From the NCBI RefSeq assembly GCF_964204645.1, contig NC_134028.1:5952001-6016000 (forward strand): DNA of 64,000 nt. Reading direction: 5' to 3'. Below, piece by piece: positions 28,001 through 41,008 of this stretch. The translations under genes and the position numbers were made by a program. Positions within the stretch are counted from its first letter, which is position 1. Each line of letters begins with the position of its first letter. The stretch comes from Tubulanus polymorphus (lineage: Eukaryota; Animalia; Nemertea). Under the pieces are notes generated by a model, which was not told the origin of the DNA, made no database searches, and saw only the letters and a program-made list of their open reading frames with translations.

Positions 28001-31000
28001 GCTTACCAATCGTAAGCTCGCTCACATCGACACATTCAAGCAACTGATCGTATCCAGCCAGTTCCTCTCATGCACCGAAAACTGCCTTGCAACTAGTTGT
28101 CTCCAATCGCACTGTCGATGTGCGCTAGGCTTAATGATTAACAACCTCTACACCTGTAAACAGTATGATATCATCTATGCTTTAAGTTAATATTATCATG
28201 TTAACAGGTTATGTTTATTCATACGTATGTAAAGAACAGAACGGAAACCATAACTCTGTATAATACTGCAGCGTTCTCATTTAATACCAACAAGTTAATA
28301 TACAACTATCTATGCCATGAAACTATAGTTAGCAGACGAATATCGGAAATCCAAAAGTTAAATCAGAAATCTTCGATATCGAAAGTTAGAACGCGTGGCC
28401 ACTTTTATTTGATACGCTTTTTCCCAAACTATTTCCTGACATGCACGTTGTTTCCCTGACTTGATTGATACCAAAGAATTAACACAGTCCAATAGGCCTA
28501 CGTAAGACGGAATCTGTTCGACTTTACGCACGTTTTAGCAATCTCAATAATTCTCAACAAAAATTCGGCAACTGTGGCCACCCTGTAGAAATACTGAACA
28601 ACTCTTTCAGGTTTCATGTATCCCAATAAATCACTATTTGCGAGTTCATGTCTAACGACGTTCTGAAGTACCGTCGACATTTTTTCCCCGGGATATCATT
28701 AATTGCAGGTGTCTCGACTCAGCCTCGGGAGGAGAGAGCGGTTCTAAATGATTTAAAAACTCGCCGCTTTCCATTTCGAAGAATTGATAGGTGCGGTATT
28801 CACACGTGGGCGAAATCGCTAACACGGTGCGTGTGTGCTACTGTGGCCTTACACAATCGTATTCATAGGTTAAGTCGATGCACACACCTCGGGAATAGCG
28901 ATAATTCTTACCTGGAGCCGGCGGTGCTACGGTGAAACTTCGGTCGTTTATACATAACTTGAACGAATTCTGCATCAGTATATCGACCGACGTCGACTTG
29001 GCTATTCTCGTCCCATCTGAAAAATTGACAAAATTTTGTTTTTTCAAATAATCTGATCGGTGTCATTTAAAGTTAATGTGGTTGGTAAAAATTTGCGGTT
29101 GGTAAAAATTTCAAATATTTATCTCCATGTGATGGGAAATACAGTATTTCAGCAATTTCATGTAAAAAAATACAGTATTTTCAGATTCACACATTACGGC
29201 TCAATCCAGGAAACATGGAAACAGGATATAGCAACATGTTTCTGTGTTTCCCTACGTCATGGGCGTTGGGCTTTACGAGAAGTGAGAAACGCAGTTTCAG
29301 GGAACAACTTGTTCAAACATGTTTAACTCCGTTTCCTCGCGTCACGTGCATGTATTTAGAATCTGCCGGGCCGATTCATGCCAGATTCCATCATCAACGT
29401 TTAAAATAACGCGTATAAAAATGCGCGCAACTAATAGGTGAATTATCTGAAGATTTCGAAAAATGGCATCTTCATGAATAAACCATGAATCAGACAGCCT
29501 CACAAGCACCGTTAGTGGAATCAAGGCTCCGATGATAAATCAGTGAGCCTCAGTACTGAGAAAAAATAATTCAAGGGAGACAAGGATTCTCATTAGTTCA
29601 GTGGGAATCAAAAGGTTGCTCCCCCACTGAGACGCCCCTGAAATACCACTTTGTCAATGATCCTCACAAGTCTAACTTTAGCAGCAACTGGTCGCTGGTT
29701 GAAGAAACCTAATCAGTACAAGCCGAATGTCCTAAACTAATTAGCTTATAAGATTAATTAGGCTAATAACACTCGTTGACGTTAGCGATATTGGAGAGTT
29801 AGGAATGCAAAATTCTACATTCTCAATGGAAAGGTCAAAATTCTGAAATTGTTGTAGAACTCTTAAAAGATCATTTACCTAAGTAGCTCACGTTTCATTG
29901 GACAGTGTTTCCAATTCTGAATGAGGCGGGCCAACATGAGTGTTGATGTTTCTAAACGTGCTTTAAATAAGCGATTCTTATAAAAGACATTAGGTTAATG
30001 TTTGCCTTGTATATGTTTTATTATTCAGCATGTATGGCGCGGATACATTTAGATCAATTATTGACAGCATTCAAGAGCCTAATTGGAATACGACATGGAT
30101 AATGATAGGGGACTTCTAGTAATGACAACATTTTTAGAGCTAACTTTGGGCGGAAAAAATTCCCAATTGTTAAGATTCTTCGATGTAATGGCCACAAAAT
30201 CAAAATTCTGTAACTGGGCTCAGCGAGAGGTGTCTCATTTTAGCTACTACTAGGCCTAATCATAATTTCATTTTGAGAAACCAGCTCTTCGGTCGACATG
30301 TTTTTCAAGCAGTTTGCGCTTGAGGTAACGAAATCTAGACATCTGGGCTGGCTCCCAGATCCCAACTTTCCGAATAATACTGCATAACATGAAGATTTCA
30401 TAAATATTTCCGGGCGGCCGTCTTTAAAAAAGGGCCCCGTATGAGTGGGCACCCATTCTAAAATTGAAGCCATGTTACTATCAAACCTATGGCCAATTTC
30501 ATAAAATCCTCATAATATGCAGTACATATTATTCTGCGTGGGAGCCAGACTAACTTATGTCATCCCACATTCGACACCATCCATCAGTTCTCTCCCCGAC
30601 AACGACGCAAACGTTTACGGATAAATGTTTTAGCGAACAGCGCTTTTGACTTTCAAATCTGATGTTGAATCAAGATCGAAATAACGCCGACGCCGATGTT
30701 TACCCGAAACGTCAGATCTCTGCCGTGAATCTCGACAATAAAAGCTCAAATATTTTCCCTCGAGAATATCGTCGACGGTATCGCCGGTCGGTACGGTAGT
30801 TTTTCTCTATTTATCCGGGTAATACCGGTATATTGTCTCTGCGCCCGCCGCCGGTAAATGTAAACCGGACTCGGTGAGCATAACGTAATCAGGGGGCAAC
30901 ATTCAGAGCGATATTCTGACAAAGTGTAGTATCATTTACATAATTTGATAACATCGCAATGATTGCTTGAATCTGCCCCGGTATACAAACTATCAGAGCG

Positions 31001-34000
31001 CATTTATTATATTCAACTGAAACCAGTCAGCTGAGTACAGCAGAACATTTGATTGTTCCAGATCATTTCGGCTATGTAATGACCGTTTATCTAAATCCAA
31101 GGGCTGGGATTTTCATTTTTCAGACAAGCTCTAACATAATCCTGGGGCCAATTGCACAGTCATGGCTTAGGCCACAAGTAATTGATACCTTGTTTCTTAT
31201 CCTGTGAAAATTTCAAACCTAGGTTTGTATGCGGAAAACACAACACAAGTGAAAAAAATAAAACACAAAAATCCTGACTTGACAATATTGTTACACAAGT
31301 ACTTAATCTGCATTGGTATAGATTTGAGACCGGTCCAAGACCAACTTAGCTCTATAGCCAATCTTAACGAATTAAAACGAGTCTTATGATTTAAGAACAC
31401 TTTTTGGAGTTAAGTCATGACTGTGCAACTGGGCCTAGAGGTTGAATTCTAGCCCCGCGTTATTGGTCCCCTATAAGTTCTCGGTTTAAGTCTTCCCACA
31501 ATGAGAAACAAATTCGGAGGTTGGCACAGAATCATTCAACGCAACTCCAGTTTTTCAGCAAGGTCAATAAGTACCATAACCACTAGTATCATCATATGTA
31601 CCTTGGATTACGTTTATGTCTAGAGGCTTACCGCTAGTTCATGAAAGTGTGCCATAGAATAATCAACTCTGACATTTTATTGCGCATTTTATTATTTCCA
31701 AGAAACTATTCACTGATTATGAGATTTCTAAAAATATCTTAGGCAGTCGTGAAAAGGCTTCATTTCTTCTCGCGAGACTACCCCGCCCTTTTTCTCATTA
31801 GCGCGCGGCAGATACCCGTGGACTGCTAGTGTCAGTTTGTACGTAGATGAATCGATTGATTGTTCTAGCAGATATAACCTGGCGACTAAGCTCTAGTGTA
31901 ATCTGATTTCAAATCCAATTTCATCCTCTCTCCCTCTCTCTCTCTCTCAATAACGTCATCTGGTTGAGAAGAGGCACGCCGTTTTGTAAAAGTTCATTAG
32001 CTGTAGAACTATACCTCACGCTGCACGTTCGTAGTTCAGCGGGAGACGCAGAAAATGTTGTTTTAAATCAAACCCTCGCGGCAGATGAGAATTCTGCGCA
32101 TCCTTTGAATTTCGTCGATACTATCTCAACCGCAGTAAATATTTTGACTTTGAAACGGCAGAGAGAAATTCACTAGCACAAATTAACCCTAAGATACCAA
32201 TGAAACTAAATAGTGAGTCTGCTGGGTCCGTGGGGGCCAAGTATATAGCTTGGGTAGTCAGGGCGCTCTTTGTAAAACACAAAATGGCTATACAGCTAAG
32301 GGTCGAGGCATCATCCACATGCATAGGCCTACGTATGATACCGATTAGGGCCAAATGATGATAGATAGTAACTTCTTACCTTCCGTATAGATGGCAGCAC
32401 GGTCAATACCCTTGTCCTCCTCTTGTAGGAAAGTAATGAAATCGCTGACAGTGTGGCTGATCGGTTTCAGAGTGAATTGACATTTCTCTATACGAGAAGG
32501 TAAAGGCACCGAAATCACCGGTAATCCATTGTGGTACGAAACAGTCACATCTGAAAATCAGAACATATCGAGACATTATAGAGAAAATACCGGTATGAAA
32601 ATAAAGCCAAGCCAGGGGCGGAACCAGACGGGAGTACAATGTGGCAATTTTCCTCTGCCCTTTTGAAAAACAATGGCAACTTTTCTACCTGTAACTAATA
32701 GAGCAAAAGGCTGCTGCCCAAAAACTTAACTTACATTCTTTCAAGTGCCTGAAAATTGCAATAAATTGCACTGAAAGTCCACAATATTCCAGACCCCGGT
32801 TTACTCTACGTGGATACTTGGCCCATTTTCATTATGAGCCCTCTTCATTTCTTTGCTCTCCTGCCAAATTCAACCACTGTAGGCAATGAGTAACCCTGCG
32901 AGGAAGAGTGGGTGAGAGGGAGAGATGGCAAAGGTTTGGCAAAGGGCAAGCAAGAGAGGATAGGACAAGTAGATTGTTGCTGTCTGAAATCATATTACAA
33001 CTCTCTACGAACTAATGACTAATCAAGTCAAGAGACGTCTCGAGATGAGCCGCTGATAAACCCGCCGGTCCTCTTATCAATAAGCTTTCGTAATTATCTA
33101 GTCTCTTTGATATGAACTAACATCGGTAAGGAGAGACGAGGTTTCTCGTTGAATGTTTAACCGAAGTAAACACGCAACGTCGTACGTGTCTCCGCTCTCA
33201 TTCTCCGCGAATTCAACGCTCGTGAAGTGTGACAAACAAGTCACTGGAGAATCAGTCGCATGTCTAATTTCCCTTGTTTCCGTAATTTGATTTCCAGCGC
33301 CGCCGCGCGGCTTTAATTGTTTCTCGTTAATCGTAAATAAAGCCATCCGTCGGAACGAGACCGGCCGGATCGGACTATATACACTTTTAACTCGAGCGCC
33401 GGAACTCTCCGATAATTCCAGCCGCACTCGCGCCAATAACATACGTCGCCCAATCGCCCGTTAATGGATCCAACTAAAACCGAGGCAACTAATAATCTAG
33501 AAAACGTCGTCTCCGGAAAGCCGCGAGCAATCAAAGCGTATCGGAATTTTTATGCGGATTTATCGCCAGCTAATGCAACACACAAACAAGTCGGAAATAG
33601 TTTAAATAGCATTCCAGTGCGTAGGAATATTTTTTCACCTGCCTGAATCACGAGTCTTAGACGAGATAACCGACGCGTTTCTAAATCTAGTTTCAACAAG
33701 TGGCTTTATTTCTAGAAATGATAGATAGATTGATACGAGCAGCTCTGTATAGCTACGAGTAGTATAGATATCACCACTCACTATGGAGACTGAGAGAGTA
33801 TGACTCGGTGAATGTAACATAATGAAACCATTAAATGTTTTAGAGTGTCATTAGAGTGATATGTTTGATACTAAATCAATAATTTATTACCCACTGAATT
33901 CATCTAGATATCTAGATAGTTGATGATAATGATGATGATGGTATAAACCCTGAATTCATCTATTTGGCCCAGCCTAGTATAAGTTGAATTATGAAACTAG

Positions 34001-37000
34001 CTGAAGGGTTCTATAGCCCTATCATTCAGGCCTATAGTATGGAGGCTCGAATGAAACATATAGACCTGCTCATTTCATATAGACCTGCTCATTTATAACT
34101 CTAAAATGAAGCAGAAACTATTTCACTTAGAACTATTACAACATAATATTTTCATAAATTCTATCTAAAATTCTCTTTGGGGGGGAGGGAGCCCCAGACT
34201 CCTCTTATCGAATCCACCCTCATATTCCCCACGCAACAGGCCTTCAACTTTTGAGGGAACAATTTGACTTGCTTTTCCCCAAACTGCTCCCTGATGTGCA
34301 CGTTGTTTTCCCTGACTTGATATGCTGAGAATCCTATAGTCAAATATGAAAAACATAGACAGAAACTGTTTAATTATATACGCGAGATCCAGCAATCTCA
34401 ACAAATTTTCCTGACGTTTCCCCGATTTCCAGGTAAGTGTTCATTTAAAATCTTGCATAGTCCCAGATTAAACCGACCTTCGTTATGTTTTTTTAAAATC
34501 TAAACTTGAATAGAAAATTGACAACGTTCTATGACAACGTTTCACCGATTGAATCCAATCACTACGGCAGCTTAACGTAGAAAAAACCCGATGATTCGGC
34601 AACAGCTCTTAATGAAATATTAACGATACAGAAATAATGACTCGACGCCCGAACGTGCAGCACATCTATCTGCTTTCTAATCAACACTGTGAACTACATC
34701 GATCCGAAAAACACAACATTATTGCGAATCAAATAACAAAAAAAATATGCGCCGAAAGAAATTTTCTCTGGGTTATTCGATCGAGCGCATTGCTAGGTTT
34801 ATCGATATAGTTCCACTCGACTGTGCGGGTGGGTAGCTGGCTGGCTCGATTGCGAAGCAAGTTTCGTATTTTTTCTGCTAATCGACATTCATAAAGCTGT
34901 AATAATTGCGTCATAGAAACGTCTGTTTAACAGTAGATATAGATTTGTCATCAGCGAGTCAATCAACTAACACTCTCCTCTCCTCCCTCTCTTTCCCTCT
35001 CTCCCTCCCTCCCTCCCCTCTCCCCTCTTTCCCTCTCCCTCTCCCCCTCCCTCTCTTTCCCTCTCCTTCTCTTTGTCTCTATGCATACAGAGAAATTATT
35101 TTCTTGTGCGAAAACGTTGTGCATATTATATTGATATCAAATCTAATGGCTGACCAGGGTGGCCACCCTACCCCCATTTACAAATATCCTTAGTTTTCCT
35201 TACGGTGAGCCTAACAAAAAATTCCAAGTGAATCTGTGGCAGGTGTATGGACAAATTTCTCGGTTAACAATGTGACAACTTATTCAATTTTCATTGATTC
35301 ACGTATCAATAAAGAAACGCGTGGTCAATAGCATATCCCAATTCCCTGAATTTTCTAGGTTTCTTTTTTCATAGGCGCCCCCAGGGGTTTTAGCATTAAT
35401 CCAGCATCCAAGCACTATGTCTGGTGTTTGGTGGGCCTCCCCCAAAAAACTTTTTTGAAAATTGGAGGCTTTAGAGACGTTTTCCAGGCTCTAAATGAAT
35501 CATTTAGAGGTAAAAGACTAGTCAAATTGGCAAGAAAAATCTTGAACATTGATTACATAGTAACTTGAGAAGTAAGCTATCTCGAAAAGGGGTGCGTCCG
35601 CTACCCCCACACCCCTCTCGGGGACGCCTATGTTTTTTATACGAAGTTTCTTGAATTCCGCGAGTTTTCCAGGTCGACAAATTCGGCTGAAGACAGGATG
35701 TAAAATCTGATTCGAGCGAAACGTTTAAAGCCGCAGCCAGCGAGTCATTATACGATCAAGCCGTTTTCGTGCCGATAATTTTTACCTGGTACGTCGTCTA
35801 CGAGGCGAATTCATAAACCTACGCGTTATAGATGATTATAGGAAATCGAAGAGTTCAGCGCGACGCGAAACCCGACCTGTCTGTCGTCTCCGCCGCCGAA
35901 GGTTAGTTGACATTTTCTCAAAGCTTCGAAGCGTTTTTCGCGGCGTTAAATGTATCTTTAAATGTTTAATCGGTTCATTTGAAACGTCAATTTCAACCGA
36001 CCAATATTCGATCGAATTTCAATCAGGAAAATGTATTCGTCGCATAGGGCCTATACCAGGATGAAAACGTTAAACATCCTATACACCCACGATCTTTTAA
36101 AACATTTATCTCTCTGAATGAAAAGATTTCCGGGTTTCGAAATCGATTTCATAAACAGAGATACACCATATTCAGATTCGATTGCGAAGGTAATCTGATA
36201 TCCTGTATACCACGAATTAATGGCTTTTTAAAAATAATTATGTAGAATAATGACATATATGCCTGATGGCAGTAAACATCTGACACCTTTGTCGTTTTTT
36301 TTTATCAGCAGCTGAAATATCAGAGAGCAACAGTAGAAAGGACGCAACAATGACTATTAAATTTGAATCTCTCGCGTTCATATTCAATTACTCGAGCCAG
36401 GGGCAGATGTAGAGGGGTCACGGGGTGCAAACCTCCTTTTTCAAATGTTTTGCAAAAAATGTCTGGAAAAGGTAAGTTATAAAACTAGAATACAGTTTTT
36501 GAAAATATTGATTTCAAATGCGAGAAAGCCCACGCAAAAGCATCCATTTTTGGAAGCGTACTAGCAAATGCCACTTCGTGGGGTCACTGCAAAAACGAAT
36601 TTTCAAATTTCTAGATTTGATACGCCGTGAGCCTGAGGCAGACCCCGAGGTGGTGCGATAAAATCTAGGCCGACTAGCTCAACAGCATTCAGTATGAGCG
36701 GATTCATGAAAAGATACAGCATCAAGATTATTCAATGTTTCCGCTGTGTGAGATGATTCATAATGTGAAATAGCAGCATAGACGAAACCAAGCATCACTG
36801 ATAAAATGACCCACAAAACCAAGCATCACTGATAAAATGACCCACAAAACCAAGCATTACTGATAAAATGACCCACAAAACCAAGCATCACTGATAAAAT
36901 GACCCACAAGACCAATCATCACTGATAAAATGACCCGCTAAATCTGGCCCCGTGTTCCCTGCACTTGTAATATCAATAAAACGAATGTCTGATCGGATAT

Positions 37001-40000
37001 AAACCATTGTCTTTATTCATATATTCATTTTTTATTTCTCGGTGCGTTACAGTACGAAGCATGAAGCGCATAGTAATAACACAACTGTGAACGAGGGGCG
37101 TTAATTTCTCATCACAACCGACGAGTAAGAGCCTCGGCTTGACATACGGTGTCAGCTTATCATCAGAACTTATCATCCCGCGATATAATTCGCAATTACA
37201 CGGACCAGCATCGCATCTACTACACGGAAAGTCTGGAATGACCAATCATGTTGACGAGCTGTGATGTAAACATCTAAGCGGAATAGAAGAATCAAACACT
37301 TACTGTAGATAATGAAGAATTCCCACAATCGAATTTTATATTTATTTTTCAGTCAATGTTCGGCCGTTGATTGACAGCCATCATCAGGTGGAGTTTTCCA
37401 ACAGCAGAAACATGGTTTCATCTAAATAGATTCTGTTGTATAACATTCAATTGTGGGATATTCATTTATCTAGAACCTTTAGGCCTAACCCTTTCAGTGC
37501 ATCTACACCCCAGTGCGGTGTATAAATCGGTGATGGATTACGCTGGTACATCGCACTTTAGGGTATTAATCAGTCAGCACTGATAGGATTAATCTAAAAA
37601 CACCGCTCTGCTGGTAAACTTATGAAGCTGTGCGGGTTCGTACATACTAAAAATAATCTACAAAATTCCATGACTTTCCAAGACCTTTCTTCCTAATTTT
37701 CCATGTTATTTCCAGACACGTAGGCCCTACCTCCAAAATTCTATGATTTCCCAGACGTCTAGGGAAATTTCAACTCGGCAACCTAACCAATAGGCCTAAC
37801 AGTCGAGCAAGGCATACCTTTACCTAAATGGTTCTCCCAAGAACCCTGTCAAGAACCATTTGATAATATTGAAAGGGTTCTAACAAGAACCCTTTATACG
37901 AAATGGTTCTTCAAACCTTTAGGGGTTCTCCCTGGGAGGCAAGCCCAAGAACCCCTAAAGGTTCTACGGTAGAACCCTTTGTTCTAAGAGTGTAGATTCC
38001 CGAAGATGAAATGTTTGTCATAGGTCATCAGAGGCAACAAAAAGATGTGCATTCAATAAAGACTAGAAAATATCATCATAACACCAAAAATTCTACTAAA
38101 GCGCTGAAATTCCCTAACTTTCAAACACCTGGAAAACAAATTTCTATATAACGATTTCCCAGGATTTTCGCTGTCCACGGAACCCTGCGCGCACTTCCAA
38201 CTCCAGGATCTCAGGAGAGAAATCATCATCATCGCCGAAACAAAGAATCGATATCTTATTAACGAGGGTACGAAAGTAAGTTAATTAGAGAGACGTGGTA
38301 CTCTTAACTAACGCACGCGCGCGCAAAGTGGCGAATCCAATAAATGGACAGAGAACACCGATGCACATTTAAACGTATCGCCAGTCGATACAGAATTGAT
38401 ACAAATCAATTACAGGTTCATTCGTATTTATCGAAGGCCGAATAGAAAGTTTCGTTGATGTACGCCGGGCAATAATCGACGACGACAGCCATGTTCTTAG
38501 AAGAGATGAATGAATTCACGCATTAATCACTCGTGCGCAAAGCCGGAGATATACGCAACATCGATGAGTGTGAGAAGGGGTTAGAACTGAAACGTCTCGG
38601 CCTTGAATGAAGTTGTATCCGGCATCTCCTTGAACAATCGCGATAACAATAACAGGAAAAGTTAATTACTATGTTTTTACACATTCGAGCCATCCAACCT
38701 TACCAGAGCTAACCATCAAATTGAACAATTTCCACCCAATTATAAATTCCCTGATTTTTCCCTGCGATTACGAAAAATTTCCTGAGTGAATCGAGAGAAA
38801 TTTCTAGGCTTAAAAAATTCCTCTTTCCTTGAATCGCGTACTGATAAAGAAACACGCGGTCAATAGCATTATCCCCTATTATCATTCCTTAGAGTTTTTC
38901 AGGTTTTTATTAAAATTTGTCAAATTCCCTGAGTTTTCCCAGTCAGTGGCCATCCTGTTGTAAGCTTCATGATCCAAACAACCTTCCTTGCCAGAGCTAA
39001 CAAATTCTACAATCCAAACGATTAATTTCGTCTAAAGAGCATTTTTATTTCACAAAAGAGGTGGATCCAGGGCCAGTATTTTTGGACGTTCCAATTGACG
39101 TGGAACATGCCCCAGTGGTGCCTCCGCAGAAAATGTATACTCTGGCTTTACAAGCGATATAATACCAATCTTCCTCTTTAAGCAAGATATCACTTCTGTA
39201 TTTCAATTCCCAATCCGGCAAATCCAGCCCGAATCCGCCCCAGAAGCAACAAATTAATCATGAATTTAAATTCTCCAAGCTAACATGGTTATAATCTACA
39301 GCTGCTGAAATATTTATCGCATTCACACTAGCTGCACACTCAATAAATATTCATATAATCATCTAGCTATTCGTGAGATGTATAGATACCTATTAAATAG
39401 CCTACAGTCAATCAATAAAATTATAAAGAATATAAGAAGCAGAGGTTGCCGTTTCCATGCAAGCTCTTGGCCGAATTCTGAAAATCGATAATCCATTCAA
39501 CCGTGATAACTGCTGATAAGACGGAATATACACGATAGGTAATTACCTTATAAAGGTAAGGACAGTCACTTCATACATATATAATTACCACATCTAGACG
39601 GCTAGCTTTATCTACCGGTATCAATAAGATATCCCATTTCCGCTGCATTCCCGGAGATGAGGGGTTGAGATGTGTCAGGTGCTAAGCCAGACACAATATA
39701 GACCCTAAACCAAGCCTCTGATATCATTAGCCTATCATTCCAATAGGATTTATACCCAATTAATAACACTGAAAATGACCTAGGTTCTAAGTCACGCTGA
39801 AGACAAATTCGTGAATTTAGATCCACTATCACAAACACAAACGTAATTTACATAATTCGCCGACATGCAAGTCGACTTTTATTAGGCTATATCATCTAAA
39901 TGCTGGGGCAGAATAAATGTTCAAATCGAATGTGGTTCAAATTGTTTACTAAGACGGGAAGGTCAGACGAGCAGGGACACTCATTCAGTACTACATAGCC

Positions 40001-41008
40001 TTTAACACAGCAGGTTTACAGTTCCAGTAGAATAGTAACGATTGGTTATCGGTGCACCTAAGCTGTTACCGTAGTACCGCCTTTGTATTTATTCAGTAGG
40101 CTTGGAATAATCCTGTATTTTGGACATATAAGTACTACTAGCCATAGCCAGGGCATGCCTGGGCACTGCAATATCCAAAACAAAATCAGTCAACAGTAGT
40201 TAGCCTAAAGTAGGCCTAAACCCTAACCTGTCATATAGGCCCTAGACTAGTCAAATACAAAAATTGTCAAATGAAAATTACTCAAATGAGTCAAAAATAT
40301 TAATCAATTATAAAGATTTGATGTAACCCAGTAGTAATATTCTCTACATCCCCATGGGCAAAAAATGTTAGCCTACCAGTTTATTTCTTTTCTCTTTTAA
40401 ACTGGAAAATCTCATCTATTTCACACATGAAACTTACCATCAACAGCGTGGGAGCAATAAAATGCTGATTGCACAGTTGGCCATATTATCCTATGACTTT
40501 TCCAAACAAGCTGAAATACGCGAAAAAAGAAATTGCATTATTAATATTAGGAAGTTGGAACAAGATATAACAGGCCACTTCAGAATCGGCATAGGCCCAT
40601 ATTGACACTTCAGTACCTAACAGTTGAATGTATGAAAATGGCTCATTCTAAAAGAAATCTATCATCCATTCATCATATACAAATGTACTACCAGCAACAT
40701 TTTTAAATCTGCACTATTTCTATGCATTATTTCTAAACCGGAAAGAAAAATGTTCGAACACCTCAAAACGAGTTGTTTCTTTTTTTGTTGTTAGATCCGA
40801 GACGATTCTTAATCTTAATAGAAGTTCATACTGCACTTTTTATAACGCGACATATCAGGTATATCCACCGCTTGGTAAGCTTAATGTATACTTTAATACG
40901 AACAATTAAATGTTTACCTACCAAACACTTCGCTTTCGGCTGGTGTGCCGCGATACTTTTCAGTAAAATCGCGCTGGAAGATATCCCTGCAAGCCCTCTC
41001 GCTGCCAT
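22065..41008 (-). CDS. MCU: Mitochondrial calcium uniporter pore subunit, 7 coding exons
   Basis: Exons 41008-40922, 40510-40438, 32550-32380, 29016-28912, 24748-24588, 24197-23994, 22301-22065 in frame. Basic N-terminal targeting-like peptide, [38 protein letters not shown] (DIME filter), [11 protein letters not shown]. Exons 1-2 are less certain. Confidence 0.95.
24282..24490 (-). mobile_element. piggyBac-type MITE, partial copy
   Basis: Ends GCACTGAAAGGG-TTAA and is homologous to 45352-45645. Other fragments at about 6079-6180 and 37487-37570. Confidence 0.7.
24873..25012. mobile_element. PIF/Harbinger-like MITE, short copy
   Basis: GGGGCCAGTTGCATAGTC...GACTGTGCAACC termini; internal sequence shared with 31144-31436. 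Confidence 0.7.
27774..28131. mobile_element. PIF/Harbinger (Tourist-like) MITE, intact
   Basis: About 43 bp TIRs AGCCTAGCGCACATCGACACTGCGATTGGAGACAACTAGTTGC with one mismatch, TAA target duplication on both sides, internal subrepeats. Confidence 0.9.
31144..31436. mobile_element. PIF/Harbinger-like MITE
   Basis: TIRs GGGGCCAATTGCACAGTCATGGCTTA / TAAGTCATGACTGTGCAACTGGGCC. Confidence 0.75.
34972..35080. repeat. CT-rich polypyrimidine low-complexity tract
   Basis: About 105 bp almost purely C/T. Confidence 0.9.
36785..36938. repeat. 31-bp minisatellite, 5 copies
   Basis: Unit AAAACCAAGCATCACTGATAAAATGACCCAC in direct tandem with no spacers. Confidence 0.95.
37820..37994 (-). mobile_element. 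CMC/EnSpm-like non-autonomous element terminus
   Basis: Reverse complement begins TA-CACTCTTAGAACAAAGGGTTCTA with many GGTTCT/AGAACC subterminal repeats. Confidence 0.6.
38690..38958 (+). mobile_element. hAT-like MITE family (CAGGGTGGCCAC termini), interspersed
   Basis: Shared core TTCCCTGATTTT..GAGTGAATC..GAAATTTCTAGG..AAAGAAACAC..GGTCAATAGCA..TTTGTCAAATTCCCTGAGTTTTCC. Other copies at about 23730-23900, 35154-35360, 53515-53793, 57235-57471 and 60160-60391. Confidence 0.75.

Noticed and set aside
33098-33820. ORFs or alternative MCU first exons in intron 2
   Set aside because: No recognisable protein, and candidate donors give the wrong phase or upstream stops.
36785-36938. CRISPR-like 31-bp repeats
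   Set aside because: No spacers, eukaryotic intron, no cas genes; it is a minisatellite.
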